The position numbers and the translations under genes were made by a program. The notes under the pieces were generated by a model. The model was not told where the DNA came from and made no database searches. It saw only the letters and a program-made list of their open reading frames with translations. A stretch of 64,000 bases of DNA from Eledone cirrhosa. Lineage: Eukaryota. This document shows positions 14,603-30,600 of this stretch, in pieces. Within the stretch, counting starts at the first letter, position 1; each line of letters begins with the position of its first letter. Location of the stretch: contig OZ024749.1 in the NCBI GenBank assembly GCA_964016885.1, forward strand, positions 23,994,001 through 24,058,000, given 5' to 3'.

Positions 14603-14820
14603 AAAGGAACGATCGACTTTCGTCAAATCGGACCGAAGAAACAATGTTTCCGCTGGTCTTTCCAATTGCTAATACTATCTGTCGGTCGCAACTCCAGGTA
14701 GAAGAAGCGACGTGAAATAAAGTGTCTTGCTCAAGGACATAACGCATCGCCTGGTCCAGGAATCGAACTCACAACCTTTCGATTGCGAATCCAATTCTCT
14801 AGCTGCTCAGCCACACGCCT
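14603..14820 (-). mobile_element. tRNA-derived SINE family B with CORE-like segment and structured 3' end
   Basis: B-box GAGTTCGATTCC, CORE-like GTCCTTGAGCAAGACACTT, 3' stem-loops ending in TTCCTTT then (TA)n; second copy at 60990-61184. Confidence 0.75.
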
Positions 14821-14942
14821 TCACTATATATATATATGTATATATGTATGTATGTATATATATATGCATATATGCATGTATATATATTGATATATGTATG
14901 TATATGTGCATATATCTAAATCTATATATATAAGCCTATATG

Positions 14943-14979
<37 letters not shown>

Positions 14980-15099
14980 TTATATACACATATATGTATA
15001 TATATATATGTATATATATATATATTTATATACACATATATGTATATATATATAAACATATATATGTATATATATATATATGTGTGTATATATACACCT

Positions 15100-15576
15100 C
15101 TTCCTGAACATGCAACCCCGTTCTTCCCTCAACCCTTACTTTCACATACACACACACACACACACCACCTTCAGCCCTACCCGCTCGGACACCCCGTCTC
15201 CCTCTCCCCACTCCACCCGCCACCACCCTACACATCCCACACCCTTCCACCACCTTTTACCCCCCTTTTAATTTCAGTTTATTTTGATCATGCCTTTATT
15301 TTTAAATTTATCTCATTCCTTGTATTTTGATCATGCTTTATTTTTATTTTTATCTTTATTTTTTATTCTTTCATTCGCACCGTTTCCTTTCGCTATATGT
15401 CTCTCCACCACTCCCATACACACCCTTTGAACTCTGTTCCCACACACTTCCCACCTGAGGAAGGGCTTATGCCCGAAACGTCGTCCCCCAGCAATACCCC
15501 ACTCTCCAGAGCGTGAAATTAATAAATATTCGTTGTACTGCCTCTCTGTTTTGTCCCTGTTCAAATTTTTCCATTA
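15100..15576 (+). mobile_element. 5'-truncated copy of a hammerhead-bearing PLE-type terminal repeat (same family as 56003-56500)
   Basis: ~480 bp of colinear similarity; contains CTGAGGA-A-gggc[ttat]gccc-GAAACGTC at 15455-15482; flanked by (TA)n. Confidence 0.75.
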
Positions 15577-15588
15577 TATATATATATG

Positions 15589-15635
<47 letters not shown>

Positions 15636-15725
15636 ATATGTTTATGTATATATATATATATATATATGTATATATTTATATATATATATATATGTTTATG
15701 TGTTTATATATATATGTATATATAT

Positions 15726-15780
<55 letters not shown>

Positions 15781-15908
15781 TATATATATATATATATGTT
15801 TATATATATATATATATATATATGTTTATATATATATTTATATATATATATATATGTTTAAATATATATATATATATATATATGTTTATATATATATATA
15901 TTTATATA

Positions 15909-16037
<129 letters not shown>

Positions 16038-16183
16038 TTGGAGTATATGTTGGTTGTATACCAACACCTCAGTATGCAGGATGGAGCACTCGGCGAAGTG
16101 CGCAGGTTGGTTTGGTTACTCCGGAGTAATGTAAAATAAAGTTAAATAAAAAGTCAAATGTTTAAAATTTAGCTTCGTTTATT

Positions 16184-16238
16184 ACTGCTATATATATTTC
16201 AGTGACAGCCATTTTTGTCTGTCACCTCTTCAGGCAGT
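16184..16238 (-). ncRNA. Type I minimal hammerhead ribozyme
   Basis: Minus strand: actgc-CTGAAGA-ggtgacag[acaaaaatgg]ctgtcact-GAAA-tatata-TA-gcagt; stem III is palindromic. Confidence 0.85.
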
Positions 16239-16462
16239 TTGAATTAGTATGGTATAGACAAGTACATATGTTGTTGAGGTGTATAATATTGTCAATACTC
16301 TGATATGCCAGGATTTGGTACGGTTGATGAGAAACGTGTCCCGCATGTGCAACCCCGAAGAACTAGAGAGACACATACAACACTTCATCCACCGTATGCA
16401 GTTCTCTGGCTATAATCAGAGAGATAAAATGGACACAACATCCATACTGCCTATTATGCAGA

Positions 16463-17026
16463 GTGTATAGAGGAGCCACAACCAAATGGGACAAAATGGT
16501 AAATAATGACATCAATGGGACCTGCCCCTTGTATAGGAGCAAATTTTGGAATAGAATAGAAAGAACTAGGAACAAGACTAATAGAATAAACTCATGGTAT
16601 GATAGCAATAAATACCAGAGTGTAATGTTCATCGATACAACCCCTAGAGGTGAATTAGCTTACACATTTAGAAGGGCCCTAGATAAACATAAACTCAATA
16701 TTAATATAGTAGAAAGACCAGGTACCTCCGTAAAAACACTTATTAGCAAGACATACCCTTTTCAAAGACCCTCATGTATAGATAAGAAATGTATAACCTG
16801 TAAAATAAGCCCCCATATTAACTGTAAAACTAGAAATGTAGTGTATAGCATAAGATGTACTGAAGGACAATGTAGAGACAAAAATATAGTGTACATAGGT
16901 GAGACAGCTCGTAGTGTAGGGGAACGGATAAATGAACACTGGCGAGACCTTCAAGATAGTAAAGAATCATCTGTACTCGACCAACATGCTAAAATAGAAC
17001 ACAAGGGTAAATTAGAGAACATATAA
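16463..17026 (+). pseudogene. PLE linker plus GIY-YIG endonuclease, frameshifted fragment
   Basis: CIDKKCITC...CKTRNVVYSIRC...YIGETARSVGERINEH gives the VVY/YIG motif pair with conserved R and EH; homology appears to continue past the stop (RQITEAINI). Confidence 0.85.
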
Positions 17027-17389
17027 ATAAAAATAGAATCTACACACAGAAAGGACGCAATGTTTAGACAAATCACAGAGGCAATAAACATAAAAAAAAA
17101 AAAGAATTACAACCAAAATTAAATAGAAAATATGAGTGGAACAGCAACATCACAACTTACAATTAAGGACAAAATGAAAACACACACACACATAGAACAA
17201 ACAACCAACCAGTAACATGTAAATAAACAAATAAATAAATGAACATAAACACACACAGACACCTGGATGTGGCGCATGCGCAGACTGAGCACACAACACA
17301 CACACAGAAACAAAATGGCGTAGGACAGAACAAAGGAGAGGCACAAAAAAAAACAAAGAAAAGAAGAAAAGAAAAGAAAAGAATCCCCA

Positions 17390-17432
17390 GTCACTGAAGA
17401 GGTCACAGAGTGTGTGACGAAAGAACTATGAC
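17390..17432 (+). ncRNA. Minimal hammerhead motif in the 3' terminal repeat of the PLE
   Basis: gtca-CTGAAGA-g-gtcaca[gagtg]tgtgac-GAAA-gaac-TA-tgac; one extra base after A9. Confidence 0.7.
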
Positions 17433-17646
17433 AATATATAAACAACTATCTGGTTGTGGAACCAACCAACCAGAAATTTATAAATTTATAAATGTATAAA
17501 TTTATAAATTTATTATAATAAATTGAAGTGAAATCCATGGTGCGTGTGTTTCTTATTGGCAACATGACCCTCCCAAAGTATAACAATATCGGTTTCAACA
17601 GACGATTTCAGATAAAGAATCTTGCTAAACAAATTCAGAAACGAAA

Positions 17647-17700
<54 letters not shown>

Positions 17701-17707
17701 GGGAAAA

Positions 17708-17829
17708 GTGGTAAGGAACCAGGTGGACCATAACGCACCAAAGTACTCAATACTTAGGGTAGTAGAGTGGGTAATAGGAGTAAGTAAGACCCCGACGGCT
17801 GAGCTCAAGCCGTTTCGACGGCTAATTCT
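17708..17829 (-). mobile_element. Short terminal fragment of the 38465-39530 PLE family (half hammerhead)
   Basis: Matches 38474-38592 and 40204-40325; retains GAAA-cggct[tgagctc]agccg-TC-gggg but is cut inside stem II. Confidence 0.8.
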
Positions 17830-17997
17830 ATATGTTTATATATATATATATATATATATGTTTATATATATATATATATATGTTTATATATATATATATA
17901 TATATGTTTATATATATATATATATATATATATATGTTTATATATATATATATATATATATATGTTTATATATATATATGTTTATATATATATATAT

Positions 17998-18094
<97 letters not shown>

Positions 18095-18150
18095 AACATA
18101 TATATATATATATATAAACATATATATATATATAAACATATATATATATA

Positions 18151-18206
<56 letters not shown>

Positions 18207-18262
18207 TATATATATATATGTTTATATATATATATATGTTTATATATATATATATATATGTT

Positions 18263-18421
<159 letters not shown>

Positions 18422-18427
18422 ATATAT

Positions 18428-18462
<35 letters not shown>

Positions 18463-18474
18463 TATATATATATA

Positions 18475-18540
<66 letters not shown>

Positions 18541-18616
18541 AACATATATATATATATATATTTAAACATATATATATATATTAAACATATATATATATAT
18601 ATTTTAATAAATATAT

Positions 18617-18675
<59 letters not shown>

Positions 18676-18686
18676 AATAAATATAT

Positions 18687-18733
<47 letters not shown>

Positions 18734-18744
<11 letters not shown>

Positions 18745-19333
18745 ATAATATACGGCTCGGAAATATCTCTTTCCTAGAGCTATTTTATTGTAAGAGACTA
18801 TTTTGAGTTTCTAACTCAAGATATACCTCTGATATATTGGGCACCGTTTATTTGTCGCGCTCATTTAAATGACAAGGAAACTTGGCTGCTATTTTTAGTG
18901 GTGTGAGTTTGTGTGACACGCTAATTTTTGATACCATGTGTGTTATTGTATATACGCGAACTACTCAGTTTTCTGATATCCTGAGAAATTTGTCACCCAC
19001 TGTTGATGAAGAATAATAATCCTCTTCACAATTAATTTACGAAACAGCATCCCCAAACGCTGTCTGGGTGATACTTTCAAAAATTCCGGTTTGTATTTAT
19101 TTTCTTGATTTATTCTTAAATTGAGTCTGGGAAACCCTATTGTCTATAGTTAGTATTTTTTTCACCTTTGCGAATCTGGTCCCATGCGATTTGAACTCAT
19201 ATATGTATATATCTGTGTTTATCTCTCTTTTATATTCAATTATAATATTTTGCTCGGAAAGATCTCTTTCCTAGAGCTATTTTATTGTAAGAGACTATTT
19301 TGAGCTTCTAACTCAATATATACCTTTGATATA
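18734..19333. repeat. ~100-bp direct repeats
   Basis: tatattcaattataat...gctcggaaa...ctagagctattttattgtaagagactattttgag...tgatat at about 18734-18838 and 19231-19333. Confidence 0.75.
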
Positions 19334-19463
19334 TATATATGAAGATAGACATAGAATATTCGAAAATATTCTGTATGTTTATAATAAACATTTTGAAGAC
19401 CTAATCGCTATAGAATAGAATACGTCACGTATTACAATTAGATTCTCGATAAAAGCAAGGGAA

Positions 19464-19506
19464 GTAACCTACGCGTTTCATTCTTATTAGAAATCTTCAG
19501 GATTAC
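19464..19506 (-). ncRNA. Type I minimal hammerhead between inverted ~50-bp arms (19335-19385 and 19508-19560)
   Basis: Minus strand: gtaatc-CTGAAGA-tttct[aata]agaat-GAAA-cgcg-TA-ggttac; palindromic ACGCGT stem III. Confidence 0.8.
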
Positions 19507-19581
19507 GTATTATAAACATACAGAATATTTTCGAATATTCTATGTCTATCTTCACATATATATCGCTATTTCAGAGCATTT

Positions 19582-19622
<41 letters not shown>

Positions 19623-19636
19623 CTACACCTAATAAT

Positions 19637-19820
19637 TGTATCTACATTAGGCACAAGGCCAGCCTTAACCCAGTGCATTACTGGTACTTTATTTTATCGA
19701 CCCCGTAAGGATGAAAGGCAAAGTCAACCTCGGCGTGATTTGAACTCAGATCGTAAAGGGACGTAACTATGCTGGGAAGCATGGTGTCCGACCCTCTACC
19801 GATACTGCCAATCCACCGCC
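19637..19820 (-). mobile_element. Full-length SINE-A with target-site duplication
   Basis: A and B boxes and family body; tctacacctaata is repeated on both sides. Confidence 0.9.
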
Positions 19821-20090
19821 TTTCTACACCTAATATATATATTTATATATATTTATATATATATACATATATATGATTTACACCTACCAATGTAATATAT
19901 ACATTAAACGTATTGTGCGTTAGAAGTAATCAATTATATTCACATACTGAGTGTTGCTATAGATATTATCAAATGACAATATACTATCTATTCTCTCCAG
20001 GTACAAGCAGAGATCATTATGTCGTCGTTTGTGTCGTAAGGAAACACGTGTCAAACTACTACTACTACTACTTCTACTACTACTACTTCG

Positions 20091-20145
<55 letters not shown>

Positions 20146-20259
20146 TTACTTCTACTATTACTACTACTGCTGCTGCCTATATGACATTCCTTTCATCCTA
20201 AAATGTTTTGTTTGTTTAGGACGTGAATGGTCTTTAGGACTACTACTAGTAAGTCGTTC

Positions 20260-20570
20260 CTTCTTCTTCTTCTTCTCCTTCTTCTTCTTCTTCTTCTTCT
20301 TCTTCTCATTCCCCAGAGATTCCTATCAGAAGCAACAGTCTCCAATTAATCCGGCTGGTTCTCCAAGTGTGACCTACCGATCATATGGATGTTATTCCAC
20401 AACTATGTTCGTGGTCTAACCCTGGGGCCACTACCGTTTGTTTTAGGCCATGAAATCTGCCCAGTGATTTCCTTAGACATTCTAGTAGTACGGTCCATTT
20501 AAGTAAAGCATTAGGTAATATTTTCTTGAATATACCGTAAATTAAAGGTGTTCCAGCAATGGTCACCACC
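20260..20570 (-). mobile_element. Degenerate 3' end of an RTE-type LINE with (GAA)n tail
   Basis: Minus-strand translation remnants GPRVRPRT...LETVASDRNLW resemble RTE C-termini (GRPR...A.DR..W), followed by (GAA)n. Confidence 0.5.
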
Positions 20571-21321
20571 TCTTTAATTTGCCATCAAGTCGTAAACTAT
20601 CTAGCCCGCTGATTTTCAAAAATATCTGCCAATAAAACCCAATTTGTGCGGAATATTATTTTATCGACTTCCATCGGTTGAAATGCAAGGTTTACTTGGG
20701 AAGGATCAGCGCTTATTCACAGAAAGTAAAATGACAAGGCTTGCAGGCTCTCTCTAAATCATTGCTTCTACTGACCGTTCAATTTGTCTTAGTAAACTAT
20801 TAATCCATGAGATTTTCTGTTACATATACTATCTTCAATTTGCAAGATCTTATTGAAGGAAGTCAGACCTGAACGTAAAACTCAGGAACTCGTAGCAGAG
20901 ACCAACGATATCTCGTCCGAATCTAAAGAAATAAGCAACAACGGCAAAAAAAAACAAAAACAGAAAAATAAAAATAAATTCGACTAATCCATTTCGCCAA
21001 TCTTACCATGTGACTAAAAACATACATGAACAAAAATACTTACATATACACAACCTCATGAACACCCATAAAGAATATATATCTGAGATATATCTGAAAA
21101 ATATATATATCTAAAAGTAAAAAACGAAAAAAATTCCTGGTCTGACTAAGATGATAAAATCAAATGCAAACATAGCTGCAAACAACAAATAAAAAAAATG
21201 CAATGGAAAAAACATAAACAGAAGGAGCCATATAAAATATGTAGATTGTTACATAAAAGTCAAACTGTGTTAGGAAACAACTTATTGTTGCAATCTTAAC
21301 ACCAATCTATGTACCAATTTA

Positions 21322-21405
<84 letters not shown>

Positions 21406-21519
21406 ACATTAAATAAATATTCATATGTATGTATGTATATATATATATATATAATATACATATATATGGTGCAATGTGTGCATACGTTTGTTGGTGTGCA
21501 TGTATATATATGTATATAT

Positions 21520-21590
<71 letters not shown>

Positions 21591-22221
21591 AGTATACATT
21601 ATATATATATATTATGTGAATGTATATATCTATATATTAAATATATATATATATGGATATATATGGATATATATAGATAAATGTGTGTCTGTGTGCATTT
21701 ACATATTTATCCTATGTTACCACGTGAGCTTCGCCGTTGTTTTGTTTTCGGAATATATAAATGTTAGATGCTAACATTCAGTCAGTTGCCATCTTAATCT
21801 TGTAAGCGAGGATTTTTTTTAACTTAGATTACTCGTTGTTCATGTAGGTTTATTACGTCTACATTTTTTGCATGCAAACATACGTACATTCATATATATA
21901 CATAGATAAAGTGACATACACACAAGCACACACACACATAGATATAAGTATATATATGTATATATATACGTATATATATATGTTTATTTATATATGTATA
22001 TATATATGTACATGTATATATATATATATGTATATATGTATTTGTATATGTATATATGTGTATATATGTATATGTGTATATGTATATGCATGTGTATATG
22101 TATATATGTATATAGGTATATATGTATATGTATATATGTATAGTTAAATCTTAGACAGGAACAAAAACAGTGAGGCAGTACACATGAGTTTATTAGGTTC
22201 ATGCTTTTGAGAGTGGGGGGG

Positions 22222-22255
<34 letters not shown>

Positions 22256-22924
22256 GTATGTATATGTATATGTATATATATATTCATATATATGTATATG
22301 TTTGTGTGTGTATTTGCGTGTATATGTGTGTGTCTATGTTTGTGTGTGTGTTTTGGTGTGTATGTGTGAGTCTGCGTGCGTTATTTACTTGATTCTCTGT
22401 TCCAATCAATGGTAAGTGCATAAATCTAAGTGGTACGTACTTATGATTATCGATTCTATTACGTATTTACAGTCAATATCGATCTCTTGATTGATTAACT
22501 TGTCAATTTTGTTTATTTTTACTACTCCTACTTTTATTCTCCCTCTTCTTCTCTCGTTCTTCTTCTTCTCGTACTTGTTCTTCTTATTATTATTATTCTA
22601 TTGTTATAGGTGGTGTTAATAATTCTAAAACCTTGGGTACGATAAAAGGACTAAATCAACAAATGTGGGGCTTATCACATCTAAACGAAAGGGGAGATCA
22701 CCGAGGAGAACACCGCATGAAAAAATAATAATAGAAATGTTAATCAATATACATAGTATAGAAGGCAATAATGAATCTAACGAGGACAAGTTCCCTGATG
22801 AGTAATTGGTGGTTTAAACCCCTCACAGAATCCATGGAATCCTTCTTGTTTCAGGGGCATTGAAAGTCCCATTTCGGTTCGTTTTAATGTGCTTAGGAAA
22901 TCATATTCAATGATATTATTATAG

Positions 22925-24415
22925 GACAGTGGATTAGAAGTATCTGTAGAGTTCGAACGCCATGCTTTGCAGCATAGAGTTAAGCCCCTTTACAGTCTAG
23001 GTTCAAATCCAACCGGGGTTAACTTTGCTTTTCATCCTTACGGTATCGATAAAATAAAGTACCAGTAATGCAGTGGGTAATTGCTGGCGTTGCGCCAAAA
23101 GTAGAAACAATTATTATAGGGCGGTGGATTCGCAGAATCGGTAGATGGGCGGACACCATGCTTTGCAGAATAGTGTTAAGCTTCTTTGCGATCTGAGTTT
23201 AAATTCCACCGCGGATAACTTTACCTTTCATCCTTACGGGCGTCGATTAAATAAAGCACCAGTAATGCACTGGGACAATTGCTGGTCTTGTGCCGAAAAT
23301 AGAAACAATTATTATAGTCTTCAAATATTACGGTGGATTGGCAGTATCAGTAGAGCAGAGCGTATATAATTATCTATATAATTACTGCTGTTTAAATCCT
23401 GGGGCCAAATACCGTCGTGGTTAACGTTGTCTTTCATCGTAACGGGATCGATAAATAATTTATATATTTTTTTTACTATGTACACCTAATATTAATTATG
23501 TATGTTATCCATTTTGTCATTAATTTGTAAGCTCCTAACATAATAATTGTAATTGCCTTTGTAGAGTCATCTTAGTCGAATAGTCTTGCGACAAATAAAA
23601 TAACACATCATCATCATCATCAACATCATTCGGCTAATTGGCAGAGTTGCTAGAACATCGGATAGAATGCTTTACAGTATTCGTTCCAGCTCTCTGTTCT
23701 CGGAATTCAAATTTCGTCGAGATTAACTTTGCCTATCATTATTTCGAGGTCGATAAAATAAAGTATTAGTAATGCCTGGGATAATTGCCGGCCTTGTGCA
23801 AAAAAAAGTAAGAATTATTATTATTAATATATATTATGTAACATATATATGATATATTATTATCATATGAGTATAGTGGAATGACAGTATTGTTCGAGCG
23901 TCGATCAGCTTACTTTGAGGCATGTAGTTTTGTCTATTTATATTTTGATGTCAAATCCCACCTTTCATATTTAAGAGGTCGATAAAATAAAGTACCAGTA
24001 ACGTATTGGGGTTGTTGTATTCGACTTTTCCATTCCCCAAAATTATTGTATCTGACTCAGAAACCATTATTAAAAGTTTCAAAATTAGCGGTGGATTGAC
24101 AGGATCGGTAGATTATCGGATATGTCTTGTTACGTCCATTTACGAAATAAATTTTACATTCCCAGTTCAAATAGTACCGAGAATAACTTTGTCTTTCATC
24201 GATACGTGGCCGATACAATAAATGATAAGTGGAGTAGTGTGATCGATTTAATCGATGTTGTCATTTCAAATTGCTGTCCTTGTGTCCAATACAGAAATAA
24301 TCATCATAATCTTCAATATTATTATGGCCATCATCATCATGAACCTAATCATCTTAATGACAATTTTTGGTATTGGATCACTTGAGTAGGAGGGGTTGGG
24401 GAGATAGTCAACTAC

Positions 24416-24476
<61 letters not shown>

Positions 24477-25195
24477 GCTGCTACCACTACTACAACTACT
24501 ACTACCAGCACCAGCAACATCACCATCAGCACCACCTCTACTATTACAACTACTACTACTACTGTTGTTGTTGCCACTGCTGCTGCTGCTACTACTACAA
24601 CTACCACTAACAGCCCCGGCACCCACCAACTCTACTACTACTATTACAAGTTCAGATATAGAGAGTGAACTAGACAGTCAAAGAGGCATCCAGAAAGAAT
24701 GGCAGTCAGATATGTAAATAGACAGACAACGAAATATAGTCAGACAAACAGACATAGAGCTATTGAGAAAAAAGTGTAATAAAGGATTGTGATGTAGGCA
24801 CAAGGCCAACAGATTTGTGGGAGTGGAAAGACTATTAAACAGAAACCAGTGCATTATTTGTACTTTATTTCATCGCCCTCGTAAAGATGAAAGGCAAAGT
24901 TAATCTTGGCGGGATGTGAAACTCAGAACTTAACGGGACGCAACTATGTCGCAAACATGTCCCAAGCTCTACCGTTATTACCAATTTCCCACCATTGTAA
25001 TAGTAATATTTTCTTATTTAGGCACAAGGCTAGCTATTCGATCCAGTTCATCACTGGTTCTATATTTTATCGAACTTGTAGGGACGAAAGTAAAAGATAA
25101 CTTCGGCGAGATATGAACTTAGAGCATAAAAGGAAATTATTCTATGTCACGAAAAATGGCGTCCGATATTTTACGGATACTGGAAATCCACCGCC
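22925..25195. mobile_element. Cluster of about eight SINE-A copies of differing age, plus a (CTA)n microsatellite
   Basis: Plus-strand copies near 22925, 23119, 23330, 23632, 23875 and 24088; minus-strand copies near 24795 and 25010; all carry variants of tttcatc...cgataaaataaagtaccagt. Confidence 0.75.
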
Positions 25196-25431
25196 ATGAT
25201 AAAAAAAGTGTAGTCATTCAAAAAGAAATAAAGAGTTTAGAATGAAAATGTTTCATGATGAAAATATTATGGAATATGAAAAAAAAAGACCATGGGCGAA
25301 ATTTGACGAAATTCAGAGAATAAAATAAAATTAAATACTAAAATATATACAAAATATAAAAACAATATAATAAAACTAGAACTCGATATAAAAATGATTG
25401 AGTATAATAACCAATGAACAGAAAAGGTATA

Positions 25432-27156
<1,725 letters not shown>

Positions 27157-27393
27157 CCGCACATGCACATTCACACATGCACGCACACAAATAATCTGTA
27201 TACGTGTGTACCTGTATGTGTGTGTAGGCATGATGTACGCATGCATCTTACACTTTATATCATTCCTGTCATTAGTCCGCGTCAATAGGTACATGTAAGA
27301 GAGTATATATATATAAATATAGTGGGTGTGGGTAGTATAGTGAATTAATGTTGTGGCTACCAAATGAAGTGATCTATGCACAGGGAGAGTGTA

Positions 27394-27643
27394 TATAATA
27401 GAAAATAAAACGAGACATTTTCGTTTACATATAAAACATATTTATTCTGTATCGACCTGCTCCGCGCGTTTCGCAGAAGGTTGACTCGCCTCACCAGCCT
27501 GACGAGCAGATCGAACTGGAGTCGGATCCTTAATTACTATGGTGTAACGGGAGCCAATCCACTGCGAAACGCACATAATAGATCGATACACAATAAATAT
27601 GTTTCATATGTAAACGAAACCTCCGCTTTTCTTTCCATTATAT
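27394..27643. mobile_element. Diverged inverted pair of PLE-type termini with a degenerate hammerhead
   Basis: Plus strand CTGACGA-gcag...ctgc-GAAACGC at 27499-27572; both arms share ctgcgaaacgc...tcgataca.aataaatatgttt.atatgtaaacgaaa. Confidence 0.55.
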
Positions 27644-27677
27644 TTCGATAGTGTTGTTCTTTCGGCTTACCTTTTAC

Positions 27678-27716
<39 letters not shown>

Positions 27717-27820
27717 TGCGTCTGTATATATATATGTATGTGTGTGTGTATATATATATATATGTGTGTGTGTGTTTGTGTATATATATATGTGTGTGTG
27801 TGTATATATATATATATATG

Positions 27821-27972
<152 letters not shown>

Positions 27973-29040
27973 GCTATGTATGCGCTGATAGTCTTTGGTT
28001 CTGTGACGAGAAAGAACACTAATCGACGATGTACTCTATACATGGAACGGTGCAAACGATCTATCTTAGTGATACCACGTTCTCCACATTTCTTTCATTT
28101 ATTTTCGCAACTAATTTTATGACACGCTCTTCAGTTGAACAGTTACTATATTTAACCGAATATAACTAAGAAGTCGATATCATTGTCGAGTCATTGTAAG
28201 TAGAAGGAAATAATGTATTATATTCTCATAGAATGTATTGTTTACGAAACTAAAAATGCGATAAATATAAATACAGATATATAAATATACATACTCACAT
28301 ACTTGGTTAAAAAAATAATTATATAATATATCAATTTAAACTAAATTGAATTTTATTCAAAGAAAGCAGACTGAAAAAAATCGAATCATTCCTTATACAG
28401 AACCCGTTTCAACTCATCAATATATTTATATATATTTTTTAAAACACTTTTGAAATGTGCTAAATGCGAACATTAATATTTTTTATTGCAATTGATTTCC
28501 AATGCATTTGGCATTGTGGTCACTAATCGTTTGCCAGTGTATACGCATGCGTTGTGATAATGATTTCCCTGTCTGACCAATGTAGACTTTTTCGGAAATT
28601 TCTTATATAATTAAGTAAATCATATACCTCCTCTTTCGTTTCATATTTGATGGTTAATTAATGACCATTCATAAATTGTCATGTAAAAACTATGGAACAG
28701 GAAATGCCAGGAACCAGAGAGCGCGTGGGTTAGTAGCACGTATATGTTATATAATGGCAGCCATCCAAGATGTGTATAAAAATATATAATATAATTCTAA
28801 GGAACTTTCATGATTTAAACATATAGATACTTAATAGTTGAAAGTTATGTAAGGATTATTTTTCTCTATAGCGCACTTCATATTAAATTCTGAGGCAGCT
28901 GTCCCTATATCAAATAGAAAGGCATAAAGCAAAAGAGGGCTCTATAATCGATGATATAAGAGAGAAATTGCTCTGCAACGTTATTAATTACGCTCTCCAA
29001 TTTTTCGATATATATTTTGCATGTTTGTTTTCTCCATTCT

Positions 29041-29106
<66 letters not shown>

Positions 29107-29381
29107 ATATATATATATATAAATGCATCTTTATAAATATATATGTATATATGCCTATTTACCTATATATATATATGCATATTTATCAATGTATATATAT
29201 ATGTATTTATATATATATGCATATTTATCAATGTATATATGTATATATATATATAAGTGCATATTTATCATTATATATATGTAATATATATATATATATT
29301 TAAATGCATGTTTATCAATGTATGTATAGGTACATATATATATGTATATATATATATACATATATACACATATATATGAAT

Positions 29382-29436
<55 letters not shown>

Positions 29437-29683
29437 TATATGTATATATATAAATATATGTACATTAAAAATCAATTAAACCATGCGATAAGAATAACGG
29501 CTCCTATCAAAAAATATTTTATAAATAACTGAAAGCAGCCTCTTCACGGTTGACCACAGAGTATTTAACCAATAGAGTATTTACCCAATATTTCAACAGC
29601 ATGTAGAAACTGACCAAAATACCGTCAACCATACATAATTAGGTATACAATTTAAATTAGGAGAAATGCGCGCATACCGTAAT

Positions 29684-29762
29684 TATCCCTACCATGGTTT
29701 CGTTCGTATTTTGAGATATCCTATTAAGGATAAATCTCGAGTATCGAACTCATCAGGAGACA
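29684..29762 (-). ncRNA. Type I hammerhead with extended stem II
   Basis: Minus strand: tgtctc-CTGATGA-gttcg...cgaac-GAAA-ccatgg-TA-gggata; palindromic stem III. Confidence 0.8.
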
Positions 29763-30089
29763 GACTCAATAGGACAGTTAATTTTCCAAAGCGATCCCGC
29801 CAGAAATAGATTCAGAAAATGGCTAAGAATCGTGAGGTGGCAGCGGTCAAGTTAGAAAGAATTTGATTAGTTGTTTACGGCGAGTAGCTTGGTTGCTAGA
29901 AAGCACAGCCCAATGTCGCACAAATTGCATCTCAATCCAACAGGAGATTATTAAATATAAATATATACATATACATAAAGTCACAAATATATATGTGGCA
30001 ACCGTTCACGATGTGGCTCAATGAAGAAGTAATAAATTAAATAATCAGAGCAATATATCATAAATCATGTCCTTAGAATTATTAGATAA

Positions 30090-30236
30090 AATATATACTA
30101 TTTCCTCAACCAATTAGCATAATTAACCATATAAAAAATCAATTAGACCAGGCTATAAGAATAAAGGCTCAACTGTCCTATTGAGAATGTCTCCTGATGA
30201 GTTCGTTACTCGAGATTTATACTCGAGTAACGAACA

Positions 30237-30240
<4 letters not shown>
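30090..30240 (+). mobile_element. Inverted partner of the 29684 element, ending in a fold-back inside stem II
   Basis: aactgtcctattgag...ctcCTGATGAgttcgttactcgag[atttata]ctcgagtaacgaacacatc; the upstream part also resembles 47285-47358. Confidence 0.7.
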
Positions 30241-30335
<95 letters not shown>

Positions 30336-30482
30336 TATTTTCCGTGGTGTTGTAATATAAATATTACACACAGTAGATTGACAGCTCACGTAGAGTTTGC
30401 TCGACGGTTCCAGTTGTAGTTCCAAAAGTAATCCGGAGAAAAATAGAAAGATTTGAATGGATACAGTTTAGTTGAAAGGAAT

Positions 30483-30600
30483 TTATTGACACGTGTTTCT
30501 ATAACAGTTACATAACCTGAAAACAGCTGCTATCTACAAAGTATTAGTTATGCAGACATTCAATATTTCAATGTTATTTACTGTCATTTCATCGGAATAA
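30483..30600 (-). ncRNA. Hammerhead, CCGATGA core, long stem II (left arm)
   Basis: Reverse complement of 31410-31530. Confidence 0.7.

Larger units (their letters stand above)
16270..17520 (+). mobile_element. 5'-truncated Penelope-like retroelement (RT thumb remnant, Cys-rich linker, GIY-YIG endonuclease, 3' terminal repeat)
   Basis: ORFs 16279-16470 and 16463-17026; hammerhead at 17390-17432. Confidence 0.85.

Noticed and set aside
22793-22880. CTGATGAG-taattggtgg hammerhead start
   Set aside because: No matching stem II 3' strand plus GAAA could be paired; at most a truncated remnant.
24367-24717. Poly-Leu/Val/Ser ORFs
   Set aside because: (CTA)n trinucleotide microsatellite.
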